From Mobula hypostoma (Eukaryota), in contig NC_086109.1 in assembly GCF_963921235.1 (NCBI RefSeq), forward strand, positions 3,102,001 through 3,166,000: 64,000 nucleotides of DNA, written 5' to 3'. Within the stretch, counting starts at the first letter, position 1. Every line of letters begins with the position of its first letter. The position numbers and the translations under genes are program-made. Positions 38,501-51,285 of this stretch are shown here, piece by piece. The notes beneath the pieces are model-generated. The model was not told where the DNA came from. It worked only from the letters and a program-made list of their open reading frames with translations, and ran no database searches.

Positions 38501-38640
38501 GGAACACCTCAGGGAGAGAGGTTACCCTCAGATGCGGGGTGCCGATTGCCCCATTTTTTCCTGTGATGGTAGTGACTAGTTTTCTGGGGGAAATGGAAAG
38601 GAAAGAGTATCCTGGATTGAGGAAGTTGACATTGAAGACT
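35589..38640 (+). mobile_element. Degraded, 3'-truncated Gypsy element: LTR, PNMA-like gag, protease
   Basis: LTR ends gggttaca (36297), followed by a decayed tRNA-Pro-like PBS; RLGVFPGVKP (cf. PNMA-gag RLRVFSG..P); EGLVGPSS..IEG....V L.ASSQ protease; ITVIVRNTSGREVTL; LTR left edge uncertain. Confidence 0.75.
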
Positions 38641-38644
38641 CCAC

Positions 38645-39430
38645 AATATCTACATTTCTTCATTCTCTGTACATCCATGTGCCTATCTACAAGCCTCTGA
38701 AACACCACTCTTGTATCTGCTTCCGCCACCTCCCCAGGCACCCCACCACTCCCTGTGTGAAAAAAAAACCTGCCCTCCACATCATTGAGTTTTCCTTCTG
38801 CTCTCTTCAACTGCATGCCCTCTAGCACTTGACATTTCTACCCTGGAAAAATGATACTGCTATCTATTCTAATCTGTGCCTTTTATAGTTTCGTAAAGCT
38901 CTATCAGATCTCCCAACAGCCTTTACTGATCCAGAGAAAAGAAAACACAAGAGAGATTGCAGATGCTGGAAATTCAGAGAAAACAATCCAGCCTCTCCTC
39001 ACAGAACATGCCCTCCAATCCAGGTGGCATCCTGGTAAACCTGTTCTGCACCTCTTCAACGTCCTTACTGTGATGCAGCAAGCAGAACTGAAAGCAATAC
39101 TCCAAATGTGACCTAACCATAGTTTTTTAAAGCTACCAGTTAATTTCCTAACTCTTGACCTCAGTAGCTCAGTGAATAAATGCTGGCATGCCATATGCTG
39201 ACTTTACACCCTATCAACTTGTACAGCCACTTTTAGGGAGCTATGGACTTGGAACCTAAGATCCTCTATACATCAACACTGTACACGGGGTCCTGCCATT
39301 AACTGCGTACTGCCCGTTTATATTTGATCTCCCAAGGTGCAACGTATATTAAACTCCATCTGCCATTTCTCTGCCCATACCTGCAACGATCTACATCCAG
39401 CTGAGTCCTTTTGGCCAGCTACTACACTTC
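38645..39430 (-). mobile_element. CR1 3' fragment with a ~35-bp PLE-end insertion near 38941-38974
   Basis: CR1 ORF2 C-terminal motifs on minus strand; cagagaaaa duplicated around the insert. Confidence 0.7.
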
Positions 39431-39462
39431 ACTTGTATATTCGACAGCCCTACCTTTTTCAT

Positions 39463-39834
39463 AGTGGGTGACAGGGTGGAGATTTGTCTCTACCAAAAGG
39501 AGGTTCAAGGCGTTTCTTCCCTCTGCTAGCCTGCAGGTCACCCTTGGGCAAGGTGTAGCACCTGCTTCACCCCATGACCAGGGTCACGCGAAGCCATTGG
39601 GAGCAGGTGGTGGATGGTTGTATGAGCTGCTGGTACATATCACAACTCCTGGTTATGCGACCACTGATGACAGGCAGACAATCTCTGAGGAGTATTGGTA
39701 ATGGTTGGAGTCACCCTTCTTGTAAAGACACTGCAATGATAAACCACTTCTGCAGAAAAATTTGCCAAGACCATTAATGGTCATAAGACCATGATCACCC
39801 ACATCATACGACATGGCACATAATGATGATGATG
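39463..39834 (+). mobile_element. RTE-tailed SINE-like element, copy 3 (full length)
   Basis: 11-bp TSD acctttttcat; (atg)n tail. Confidence 0.85.
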
Positions 39835-40104
39835 ACCTTTTTCATGTCTATCCTGATATTACATGGTCTTTGCATAGCAATAGTTACAACTGGTGACTTG
39901 GAGCCCAGATGACATCAACACAGAATTTTGATTTCGTCCGTGCCAATTGCAGCCGCTCTGGGCGTGTCTCATGGGGAAAACGAGTGAAACCAGGAGCCCT
40001 CTGATTGTCATCCGGGTTCCGCTGTTACTGGGTCAATAGAACTGGGCCTTGGCAACAGCTGTCAGCAGGCAGAGAGTGAGGATGAAGGTTCTCTCTTTAT
40101 GCTC

Positions 40105-40562
40105 TGCCTGGTTCCAATGCACAGGATCACAAGTAGCCACCGACACCTGTGGCCAGCTAGCTCCACCACAGACAAAACCCTCCCCACCATGGAGGACATC
40201 CTCGGCTGGCAGTGTCTTGAGAAGGTGGCATCCATTATTAAGGACTCTCACAATTTGAGACATGTCCTCCTTTCATGACTACCATCAGGGAGAAGGTACT
40301 AGAGTCTGAAGACCCACATGCAATGTTTTAGGAACAGCTTCTTCCTCTCGGCCATTGGATTTCTGAACAGTCCGTGAACCCATAAAGTTTAATTACCTCA
40401 CTCTTTTGCTCTTTTTTGCACTACTTAATTATTCATTCAGTGATTCTCTATTTAATTATTTACATTTATTGTTGTAGTTTAGAGTATATTTCATGTTCTG
40501 CACTGTACCACTGCCACAAACAACAAATTTCATGATGTGCAGTGGTAGTAAACCTGATTCTG
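40105..40562 (+). mobile_element. Rex1/Babar 3' fragment
   Basis: ccatcagggagaaggtac, aggaacagcttcttc, aaacctgattc tail. Confidence 0.75.
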
Positions 40563-40724
40563 GCTCACTTGACCAGCTCAGATTGTTCTGGGCCGAGCTT
40601 TACAATTAATTGTGACAAAGAGCCTGGTTCTTGTGCAGTTACAGTACGACTTTTGTGATACAGCATTGATATAGTGATCTGCTGCCATCATTTCAGTTAT
40701 TACTGTCACAAGAATAATCATTAA

Positions 40725-41215
40725 AAGCACCGAAAATCTGCCGATGCTGGAAATCCAAAGCAACACACACAAAGTGCTGGAGGAACTGAGCAGGCCAGGC
40801 AGCATCTATGGAAAAGAGTAAACAGTCAACGTCTTGGGCTGAGACCCTTCATCAGGACTGAGGGGAGGGTAGGAATAAATACATGGTGATAGGTGAAAGG
40901 TGAAACCGGGAGAGGGGAAGGTGTGAAATAAAGAGCTAGGAAGATGATTGGTGAACAAGGACTGGAGAAGAGGGAATCTGATAGGAGAGAACAGAAGATT
41001 ATGGAAGAAAGGGAAGGGGGAGATGCACCAGAGGGAGGTGATGGGCAGGTAAGGAGATAAGTTGAGAGAGGGAAACAGGAATGGGGAATGGTGAAGGAGA
41101 AGTTACGGAAAGTTCAAGAAATCATTGTTTATGCCATCAGGTTGGAGGATACCCAGACACAATTTAAGGTGCTCCCCCTTCAACCTGAGTGTGGTCTCAT
41201 CATGGCAGTAGAGGT
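40725..41215 (-). mobile_element. Older Neptune-type PLE 3' fragment
   Basis: Tail, decayed hammerhead (gacccttcatcaggactg), GIY-YIG end. Confidence 0.8.
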
Positions 41216-41459
41216 GACATAAACCTTCAATCCAGTCACCCCATCAAGAAACTGACCATAGTGACGGCCTATTCTGTCCTCTGATGAGAACCAATTCCAC
41301 CCAGAATGGGCACATACTCAGGCCTGTAAATTGACTCAGTTCACCCTCTCCTGTCAAATATCAAAACATTCAAACCATGTGCTGAAATTTGCTTATTTAC
41401 TTCAGAATCACCTGGTCCATCTTAGCCATGAATTAATTGTAGAAAGTTATGAAGAAATT

Positions 41460-43350
41460 CATAAGACCAAAAGACACTGGAGCAGATTTAGGCCATTCAG
41501 CCCATCGAGTCTGCTCTGCCATTTGATCATGGCTGATCCATATCCCCCTCAACTCCATTGTCCTGTCTTCTCCCTGTAATCTTTCATGCCCAGATTTATC
41601 AAAAATCCATCAACCTCCACTTTAAATATTCCCAATGACTTGGCCTTAACAGCCTGTGACAATGAATTCCACAGATTCACCACTCTCAGGATAAAAGAAT
41701 TCTTCCTCATCTCCATTCTAAATGGATGTCCCTCTATTCTGAGGTAGTGCTATCAGGTCCTAGACTCCTCACTACAGGAAACATCTCCACATCCACTCTG
41801 TCTGGGCCTTTCAACATTTGCTAGGGTTCAATGCAATCCCCCCCCCCCCATCCCCAGCCCCCAATCTTCTAAATTCCAGTGAGTACAGGCCCAGAGCAAT
41901 CAATCATTCGCTCCACATATGATAGGCCTTTCAATCCCAGATCAATGACTTGAGATGTTAACTTCCCCCGTGCATGCTGTCTGACCTGCTGTGTGGACGA
42001 TACGAGGACAGGTGGAGGGACAGGAAGTGGAGAGGATGCAGAAGTGCTTTGACAGATTAGGAGAACTGACAAATAAGTTGCAGTTGGAATACGGATTTGG
42101 AAAGTAGATAGTCATGCATGTTGATAGAAGAAATAAAAGCGTAGACTATTTTCCAAATGGGGAAAAAATTCAAAACTCTGAGCTGCAAGGGCACTTGGGA
42201 GTCCTTGTGCAGGATTCACTAAAGGTTAATTTGCAGGTTAAGCCTGTGGTGAGGAAGGCAAAGGTGACGTTAGCATTCATTTTGAGAGGACTAGAACATA
42301 AAATTAAGGATATAATGTTGAGGCTTTATAAACCACTGGTGAAGCCTCACTTGGAGTATTGTGAGGAGCTTTTTCTTAGAATTGAATTGAATCAACTTTA
42401 TTTCTTACATCCTTCAAATTCATGAGGTGTAGAAATCTTTGCATTATGTCTCCATCTAAATGCGCAATCATAGTAATTTATAATAATTTACAATAAATAG
42501 AACAGTCAATGTAATATAGAGTGCACTCAAATCAGCGTAAGTTCATCAGTCTGATGGCCTGGTGGAAGACGCTGTCCCGGAGCCTGTTGGTCCTGGCTTT
42601 TATGCTGCGGTACCGTTTCCCAGATGGTTCCAGCCAGATTGCCCCTCATCTCAGAAAGGATGTGTCGACATTGGAGAGGGTTCAAAGGAGGGTTAACCCC
42701 TTGTCCACAATTGGGTTCTAGATTTCCTCACTTGCAGACCGCAGTCAGTTCGTATTGGCAAAATCATCTCCACAACAATCTCCATCAGCACAGGAGCACC
42801 ACAGGGATGTGTGCTTAGCCCCCTGCTCTACTCACTTTACACCTGTGACTGTGTGGCTAAATACTGTTCCAACACCATATTCAAGCTTGCCGATGACACC
42901 ACTGTTGTGGTCTGTATCGGGGGGTGGTGATGAATCATCATAAAGGAGGGAGGTTGAGAATTTGGCTCAGCGGTGTCATATCAACAACCTCCCACTCAAT
43001 GTCAATAAGACTAATGAATTGATTGTCGATTTCAGGAGACAGAAACCAGAGGTCCATTGAAGGATCAGAGGTAGAGAGGGTCAGTGACTAAATTTCTGGG
43101 TGTCACTATTTCAGAGAACCTGTCTTGGACACATCATATCTGTGTGCAAAGAAAGCACAACAGCGCCTCTAGTTCCTCAAGACTCTGCAGAGATTCGGCG
43201 TGTCATCAGAAACCTTGTCAGGGAAGATGGGCTGCAGAGAGGGAGAAACCTTGACAGGGAAATGGATCAGCCATGATGAAATGGCAGAGCAGACTCGATG
43301 GGCCAAATGGCCTAATTCTGCTCCTATATCTTATAGGCTTATGGTCTTAT
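41460..43350. mobile_element. Mosaic of CR1 (minus 41460-41940; plus 42000-42370, 42635-42690, 43250-43350) and Rex1 (minus tail 42378-42630; plus RT 42695-43215)
   Basis: LYKPLVKPHLEYC (CR1); [22 protein letters not shown] (Rex1). Confidence 0.75.
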
Positions 43351-44228
43351 GTATTGAGTACATGTTCGATTTTTGCATCCATCAAACAGATCTTTTTTTA
43401 AAATCTAACAGTGGGAGCTTTTTAATTTCTAATCCAGTAGACCCTGATCCCAGAGAAACTAATGCAGATACACAAACCAGAAGTATAACTAAAATTTAAG
43501 AAGCAGAGACCAGGCACTCTGAAATCTGCCACTCTTAAAATTGTGCATGGAAGAACCCAGAGATTCATTTTATTTCTATGGGAACCAAGTAGTGTTGTTA
43601 AACTGAGAGGTTTTGGTGATGAAGGTGATTTGCACATAGTTATGTTTCAGTATAATACTGGTATTAACCACCCAGTTCCCTGGAGAAGTGGTAGAGATCC
43701 TCTCCTACACCACAGTTACACTAAAAGTCTCTAGGAAATTCTTGGTCCATGGGTCAGAATCAAAATCAGGTTCATTATCTCTGACATATGTTGCGAAGTT
43801 TGTTGTTCTCTTGAAGCAGTACTGTACAGTGAAAGACATAAAATAAATATGTTACAAAAATAAATATTGAGGTTCTGCCAACACTGTGGTGTCATCAGTG
43901 ACTTTATAGTGCATAGGCAAGAAAACCATTCAGTAATCTATTCCCAGAAGGGAAAATTGTTGGCAAGGTCCATCCTTGAGTTCCCTGGAGAGAAAAGATG
44001 CGTGAGCCTCCTGAGAAATTGTGAGGTATACACAGAAGCCATCCAGATTTCAACCAGCAATATTCAGAGGACGTTTACTGGAATAATACCTGGGATAGGT
44101 AGGGATTCTGGACAGGTTGAGCTTGTACTCACTGAGTTGAGAAGAGAGAAGGAGGGCTTGATTTAAAGACAAAAGATACTGAGGGATTTGTGAGGGTGGA
44201 GGAGGAGAGCATGCCTCCTATTCTGGTT

Positions 44229-45063
44229 TAAGATGGCGCTACCAAAGGTGCATGAAGCTTACTGGCAAATCATTGGGCAAGAGATTTGACTGAAAACATT
44301 ATTTACAACATCTTTTTTGAAGCAAATTGTGATGAACTATCGCCACAGATATCAAGGAGGCAGGCAGAGGCAAGGCTGGTTCAGGGGCTGAGCCGTGTTG
44401 GGGCATTCCAAGGCCAACCTGTTCAAGCCGGCTTCACAGACGGAGTTCATATTGCTACCGAGATGGAGTGAGTGATTTGGAGAGCAGCCGATGTGGAGGA
44501 GTTTTGATGACCATCCACCTAACCCAGGAGTGAGGTTGGATTGCTCCCATCGCCGAGCCGTTTTGGTGAGATTGAGAATGGCTTTGAGCTGGGCGGCCCA
44601 GGCGTATCATGGCACCGGGGTCCAAGTTCTTGAGCAAAGCACTGTCTGGTGCTTGGACAATATAAGCACCGGCACAAATAGACTGGAAGCCCGGAGTTGA
44701 GGGTCAGGCTGATTTCACTTGCTCTCCCGCAAAGGTCACTCTTTCTCCGCGACATGGAAACTATGAACTGATCTGGCTGGTGTGCGCTTTTGCTCCACTG
44801 GTGTGATGAACTGGGACCAATACTTGGGTGTCCAACGACTGCTCCGAGAGTGGATCTGGGGACTCATTCTGGTTCGGGATGCTGTTGGCTTGCTTCTATT
44901 GTTGCATGATTTGTGTCTTTTTCTCTCTCTTTCTCTGTACAGTGATTTTTGATCTTCCTTTTTTAAAATTTGGTTATGCAGGTTTCTTGCTTTGTGGCTG
45001 CCAAATCTCAAAGTGTGTAATTTATACATTCTTTGCCTATAAATGTGCTTTGAATCTTTGAAT
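44229..45063 (+). mobile_element. Non-autonomous element with aagatggcg start and Rex1-type tail
   Basis: Begins taagatggcg, ends aaatgtgctttgaatctttgaat; inserted in a decayed CR1. Confidence 0.55.
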
Positions 45064-45588
45064 CCAATTGGACAATCTTGAATTATTGGGCCATTCTTTA
45101 ATTATTAGGGGTCATCCATTCAAAATATAGATGAAACCAATTTTTTTCTTTCTTTTCAAATCTTTTTATTGTTATATTATACAGAAAAAATAGCATGAGT
45201 ACATTGAAGTAACAACACTTACAATGTCTCAAAAAAGACATTATCTTAAAGATCGAAAAAAAATTTGTGATAACAAAAAAAACCTACTAAACAGAAAAGT
45301 GAGAAAGAAAAGAACCCATTAGGTGTACAATCCCGGAGTCATGAGTCATACAAGAAAACAATTTTTTGTATTCCAGGGTAATGAGGCCTTGGATGTCTTC
45401 CTCAAAAGCTGTTGTAAACAGTGTCTGAAAATTTTTAAGGCAGAAGTAGGCATATTTTGAGTGTTGGAACATTTACATGGGTAGATGGAGTGCAGGATTA
45501 AGATCACATCAAATCAAATCAGCCATGATCTTTTTAAATGTTGGAGCATGGTTAACAGGTTGATGGCTCATAGTTCATCAGAAAGCTA

Positions 45589-46182
45589 CAGTACTGTGCT
45601 AAAGTCTTAGGCACATGTAAGAAAAAAATTCGGTAAAGTAAGGATGCTTTCAAAAATAATGAAATGGAAAGTTTTTAAATATCAAAAAATTACCATAAAG
45701 AGCAGTAAGCAGTGAACAACCAAATCAAATCAATATTTGATAGGCCCACCCTTTGCCTTTATCTATCAATTCTTTTAGGTAACAACACACATCAAAGTTG
45801 CTGGTGAACGCAGCAGGCCAGGCAGCATCTATAGGAAGAGGCGCAGTCGACGTTTCAGGCCGAGACCCTTCGTCAGGACTAAGGGTCTTGGCCTGAAACG
45901 TCGACTGCGCCTCTTCCTATAGATGCTGCCTGGCCTGCTGCGTTCACCAGCAACTTTGATGTGTGTTGCTTGAATTTCCAGCATCTGCAGAATTCCTGTT
46001 GTTTGCGTTTAAATTCTTTTAGGTATATTGTCATACCACATTTGTTCTACAGACTTTGGCTGTCTTACTTGCTTCTGTCTGTCCAGCTAATCCCAGACAG
46101 CCTCAATGATGTTGAGATCAGGGCTATACCATTTGAAACCATATAACAATTCTAGGGTGCCTAAGACTTTTGCATTTTTCTG
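45589..46182 (-). mobile_element. Tc1 deletion derivative sharing TIRs with the mini-MITEs; hosts a mini-PLE
   Basis: cagtactgtgctaaagtcttaggca / tgcctaagacttttgca..ctg, TA flanks; minus strand near 46100-46125 encodes SPDLNIIE. Confidence 0.8.
45782..46011. mobile_element. Miniature palindromic PLE (230 bp) with intact hammerhead on minus strand
   Basis: Near-perfect inverted arms; TSD aattcttttaggta. Confidence 0.92.
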
Positions 46183-49100
46183 TATATCACTGCCATTAAT
46201 TGGAGATCTGTCCAAGTTCATTGAGAACAATACTTTGAATCTTGTGAATGTGATTCTATGAAGTTCATGATGAAGCTACAATACAGCTCAGAATTTTGGC
46301 AATTAAGGAACAATATATCCATCACAAGTCCGTGAGTGAAGGCTGTCGTAGGTTGTAAGATTCATAGCACCAAATTATGTCCATGACTTTGACTACCTCT
46401 TCCATTGCAAAAATTATGATTATGAAGAGGAGTCATTAGTATAAATACTCAAATGAAAGCATTAATCATGACTTTTCAGACAATCCTTTAATCACGGTTG
46501 TGTTCTATGCAGCTCATTTATATTAGAAGTAAATCAGTGATTTTTAAAAGGCTTTTTGTAAGAAAATTATTTTACAATCAATATCTAATGAATATGTTCA
46601 TAGTTGGATAAATCAGACTAGGCAAGAATTCAATGTGCCTCACAAGAGTGCTTGCCAAGAATGGCTTGGATACGAATGCAGGAGTATCAGAGACTGGGAT
46701 TGAGACACAGTTTCAAATGGGATCGTGAAATTAAGCACAAAGCAATCGCCAGATGAAATCTCTGGTAGGCGTATGATTGAACACTGAATGTATATTCAGG
46801 TGTTCCTTAAGTACTCAATTCTTGGCACCCAAAAATATTTATCAATTAATGGGAACATCTTAAGACCTTAAAGAGGCTGTGCCAGCTATCTGTACTCCGC
46901 AGAGTTAGAGCATTTAAATTTTAGAAGCTTGGTATGTTGGGAGCTTCTTGTTACGGAGCCTCCTCCCTCACGGCCAACTCCTGATGGCCCTGGTTGCTCA
47001 GAGAGGCGGTGATGGTAATCGAAGATGAGAGTCTGATCCACCCAGCACCTTTCCTCTGGTCTGAATCCCTCCCAGTCCACTAGGTATTGCTGAACACCTT
47101 GAACAGCACACATCCAAAAGTCTTTTCACCATGAAGACCTGTTCTCCCTTGATAAACCTGGGTGGCAGTGGGGCCGATGGTGTTGGGGCTAAGGAGCTGG
47201 TGTAAACAGGTTTTAATTCAGAAATGTGAAAGGTGGGGCTGATCTTTAGGGTCTTGGGGAGCTGCAAGGTATATGCCACCAGGCTTGCTTTCCTCGTGAT
47301 CCTGAACTTGGGTGCCAACTTTCTAGATTCCACTTGGAGAGGCAAATCATGAGTGGACAGCCACATCTGTTGCTCGGGCTGTAACGCGGGTCTCAGACAT
47401 CTCCTTCAGTTTGCCTTGGTCTCTGCTGTCCGGGTGGAGGCCAGTAAAATCTCTCTTGCCCTCATCCATTTCTCCATGCAGTGCTGGACAAGATCTTCTG
47501 CCACAGAGACTCCATCTTTGGCTTTTTGTTCCAGAAAGAGAGGACGAGGATAACCAGACTGGCACTCGAACGGTGACATCTCATGTGTCAAGCGCTATAA
47601 GGTGTTGTGAGAAATCTCAGCCCACATCAAATGGTCACACCACTCATCAGGTCTTTGTGAGGCCAGGTATCTCTGGGTATGTTCTAAATCTTGGTTGGAC
47701 TGTCTGGCCATTGGACTGCAGTTGATACCCAAAGGAAAGGCTTGCTGTTGCCCTTATCAGTTTACAGAAAGCCCTCCAGAAATGTGATGTGAATTGTGAG
47801 CCATGATGCAAGGTGATGTCCACCAGGAATCCATGGACCCTGAAGACCTGGTCCAGGACAATTTTGGCCATCCCTGCCATGGAAGGTGGCTTCACCAAGG
47901 CAATGAACATGCAGGTTTTCAAAAACCAATCAACCAACTTCCCCTTGGATGGTGGGAGACCCATGACAAAGTCCATGAAGATGTCTGCCCTACCAAGGTA
48001 TTTCCAGAATGGGTAGGGATTGGAGGAGCCCTTGAGGTTGTGGACAGGGGTCCTTGTTCCAGGTACACACCTTGCATGCCTGCATGTATTGCCGAACTTC
48101 TCTCATCATTCCGGGCCATCAGTGCCTCCTCTTGATAGACCCGATGGTCCTGGCATACCCTGAGTGTGTGCTCATTCTTGACGAATGTCCCCATTGCAGT
48201 ACCTGGGACCGAAAGGAATTTGGGAGAAAAAGCTGACTCGGAGGACCGTTCTCAGGAATCTCCGCTTGCGTTTGGGCCTTGTGAACAGGAGCGTCGATTC
48301 CCCAGTGGATTGGCGCTACTACCCTGGCTTGGGGCAAAATGGCAGTAGGCTGCTCCTCTCATTCCACCAAACTGACAGGACAGGGTAACAGGCTTCTGGC
48401 TCTTAGACCTCAGTCGACTGGTCAGGATGAAATTAAACTGGATGAAATGAAGATCACCTGGCCTGCCTGGAATTTAGCCTCTTGGCCTCCTGAATACAGG
48501 CCAGGTTCTTATGGTCAGTCCAAATGATAAATGGGTTCTTGGCCCCCCTCCAGCCAGTGATGCCATTCCTCCAAAGCTAACTTAACCTCGAGAAGCTCCC
48601 AATTCCCGATGTCATAGTTCCTTTCTACCGGGGACAGCTGCCAGGAGAAGAATGCACAGGGGTGCAGTCTACTGCCTGAAGGTGATCATTGGGACAAGAC
48701 AGTACCTATTCTGATGTCTGAGGCATCCGCCTCCACTATGAAGGAAGGTCTGGGTTAGGAGAAACTAGGATGGGAGCCATAGTAACCTGTTGTTAAAGCT
48801 GTGCAAAAGCAGCCTCCACTTCAGCAGTCCAGACAAAAGGGCCTGTGGATTTCTTAGTTAAGGCCATCAGCGGAGTTGGCACCGCGCTGACGAACGTCTG
48901 GTAGAAGCTAGCAGACCTCAGGGATCATTGGACCAATTTGATACTAGATGGTGTTGGCCAGTCTCTGACTTCCTGGGTCTTGCTAGGGTCCATCTCGAGA
49001 TTACCATTGGAGATGGTGAGGCCCAAAAATACAGCAGTCATCACATGAAACTTGGACTTCTTCAACTTGCTGTAAAGTCCATGGTCTAGAAGCCTCTTTA

Positions 49101-51285
49101 AGATGTCCCTGATGAGAATGACATGCTCCTCCATAGACCTCAAGAAGATTAGGATTTCATACAAGTAGACAAAGGCCTACTTATGGGGAATATCCTGAAG
49201 CATTCATTTATAAATGCTCAGAAAATAGCTAGGCATTCGCAAGGTTGAAGGGCATAACCTGGTACTCGTGGTGCCCTGTTGGTGTATTGAATGTCATCTT
49301 CCACTCAAAGTCCCCCTCCCCTGATACCAACCAGATTGTAGGCACTCCAGAAGTCTAATTTTGGAAGTACGCCCACCCCTTGGAGCACCTCAAAAGCCAA
49401 GAGGAAGGGGGTAGCAATTCTTGGTCATTATGTGGTTTAATCTCCTGTAATCTATGCACAGCTGCAGGTTTTCTTCATGTTGTATGAAGAAGAAACCTGC
49501 ACGGGCAGATGAAGTAGAGGGATGAATGAAGCTCATGGCAAGAGTTTCCTTTATATACCTCCATGGTGTTTCCCTGTAGGTCTGAGAACGTGTACGAACG
49601 ACCTCGTGGAGGACAAGTACGCGGCAGCAGGTCATGGCACAGTCACAGTGGAGGAGTCGAGGCATTTCCCTTGCTGAAAGCCTTCTCTAAGTCCTTGTAC
49701 ACAGAGGGGATTTTGACTAGTTTGAGCAGTGCTATCTCCTCCAGACCTTCCTTTGAGGTCGACTCCTGAGACTTCGTTGGTGACAGGAGTTACAGTGTCC
49801 GCTCTCAGAGCTCACAAAGTTCATTCGTGGAAACAATGGCCAGATCAGCAGCTGACTCCCTGTCTGTATCCACAGGCAGTGGCAGCGAGGCATTACAGCG
49901 GGCTCTATAATCCCCGGGAAAAGGCTTCAAGGATCAGTGTAAAGGAGTCTTTCCCTTTCTTGAGGCCTGGCGACTGGTTCCCTTCAGCTTGGTGGCAAGT
50001 CTCCCAGACTGCTCGGACATCTCCTTGGTCTTCCCTTGACCTACAAATTCCGTTCCTCTACTTCCTGTGGGGTTCTCACTAGACTCTGATGGGACTCGCA
50101 CTGTCCCAGTGGCCAGAATTGGCTTGTCGGCACTAGAAGACTGGACTAGGTCTTCAGAAGATCCAGGTTCCCTGCAGTGAAGACTAGCCCCTCATAGGTC
50201 ATAAGTCACTAGAGAGTCTGAGTATCAGAACACCATGTCACAAATAAAGCCTCTTACAATGACTGGGCCAAGCAATGATTCTCCCCTCCCTCCAGTCCGC
50301 GGATGGGTTATTCTGGGACAACCAGGGGTACCTGAGCATCAGGGATATGAGTGGGGAGTCAGTAATGCAGAAACTACAAGTGATCTGCTCCTCCACAGTA
50401 AAAGCAACACCCTGGACTCCGACGCCAGGGCTTCACATCCACAGAGAGTCTAGTGCAACCGACCTGCATAGGTTCAACTGGACCTTGAGCAGGTGACGGG
50501 CTGGTCATGGCCCGAGGCTGGGAAATGGAACTGCGATATGTAGGAACTGGGCTTGGACCGGCCCTCTTCAACCTCCTGTAGTGGTCCCACTTTCACCCTG
50601 CCAGACATTTACTGAGACGATGAGAATCTCTAAGTTCTCTGCTGGCTCTCCCTTAGGCGAGAGATCCTTCAGTTCATCTTGGAGTACCTGGTGGTATAGC
50701 GTGGCCAAGGTCTCCATGTTCCAACCACTCTCCTGGGCCAAGGTCAGAAATTTAATTGCATAGTCAGCCGCTGACCGTCCCCCCTGTCAAACCTTTGTCA
50801 GGTAACCTGGCACTCAAAACATAATTATCAATCACTGGCTCTGGCGGGCAATGAAACACCTTCCACATGGCGGCCATGAACTTCTCTGAATCTGCGCAAG
50901 GCGCTGACTTCCGTTCCCAAAGTGCAGTGGCTCGGGTCAGGGCTCTTCCAGTCAGGACAGAGATAATGAAGGCCATCTTTCCAAACTCCAAAAGGAAGCA
51001 AGATGGCTGACGTTCAAATGCTAATAAACATTGAATGAGGAAGCCGTGGCAAGAGCCTAGGTTACTGTCGAACCTCTCCAGAGCTGGAAGACGTTCTGGC
51101 TCCAGAGCAGGACCGACTGGCTCTCCCAAGTGACTCTGGCTTTCTCCTTGCATAGGTTGACCAATGGTTACCCGGAGGTCGTGAGTCTCCAGGCTCTGTC
51201 TGGAAGTATCTTCTTTGTGGCTGGTCACAGTGGACGATAGACTCTGATACCCCACTGGGTCCATGAAGGCTCAATCTTATAGTGA

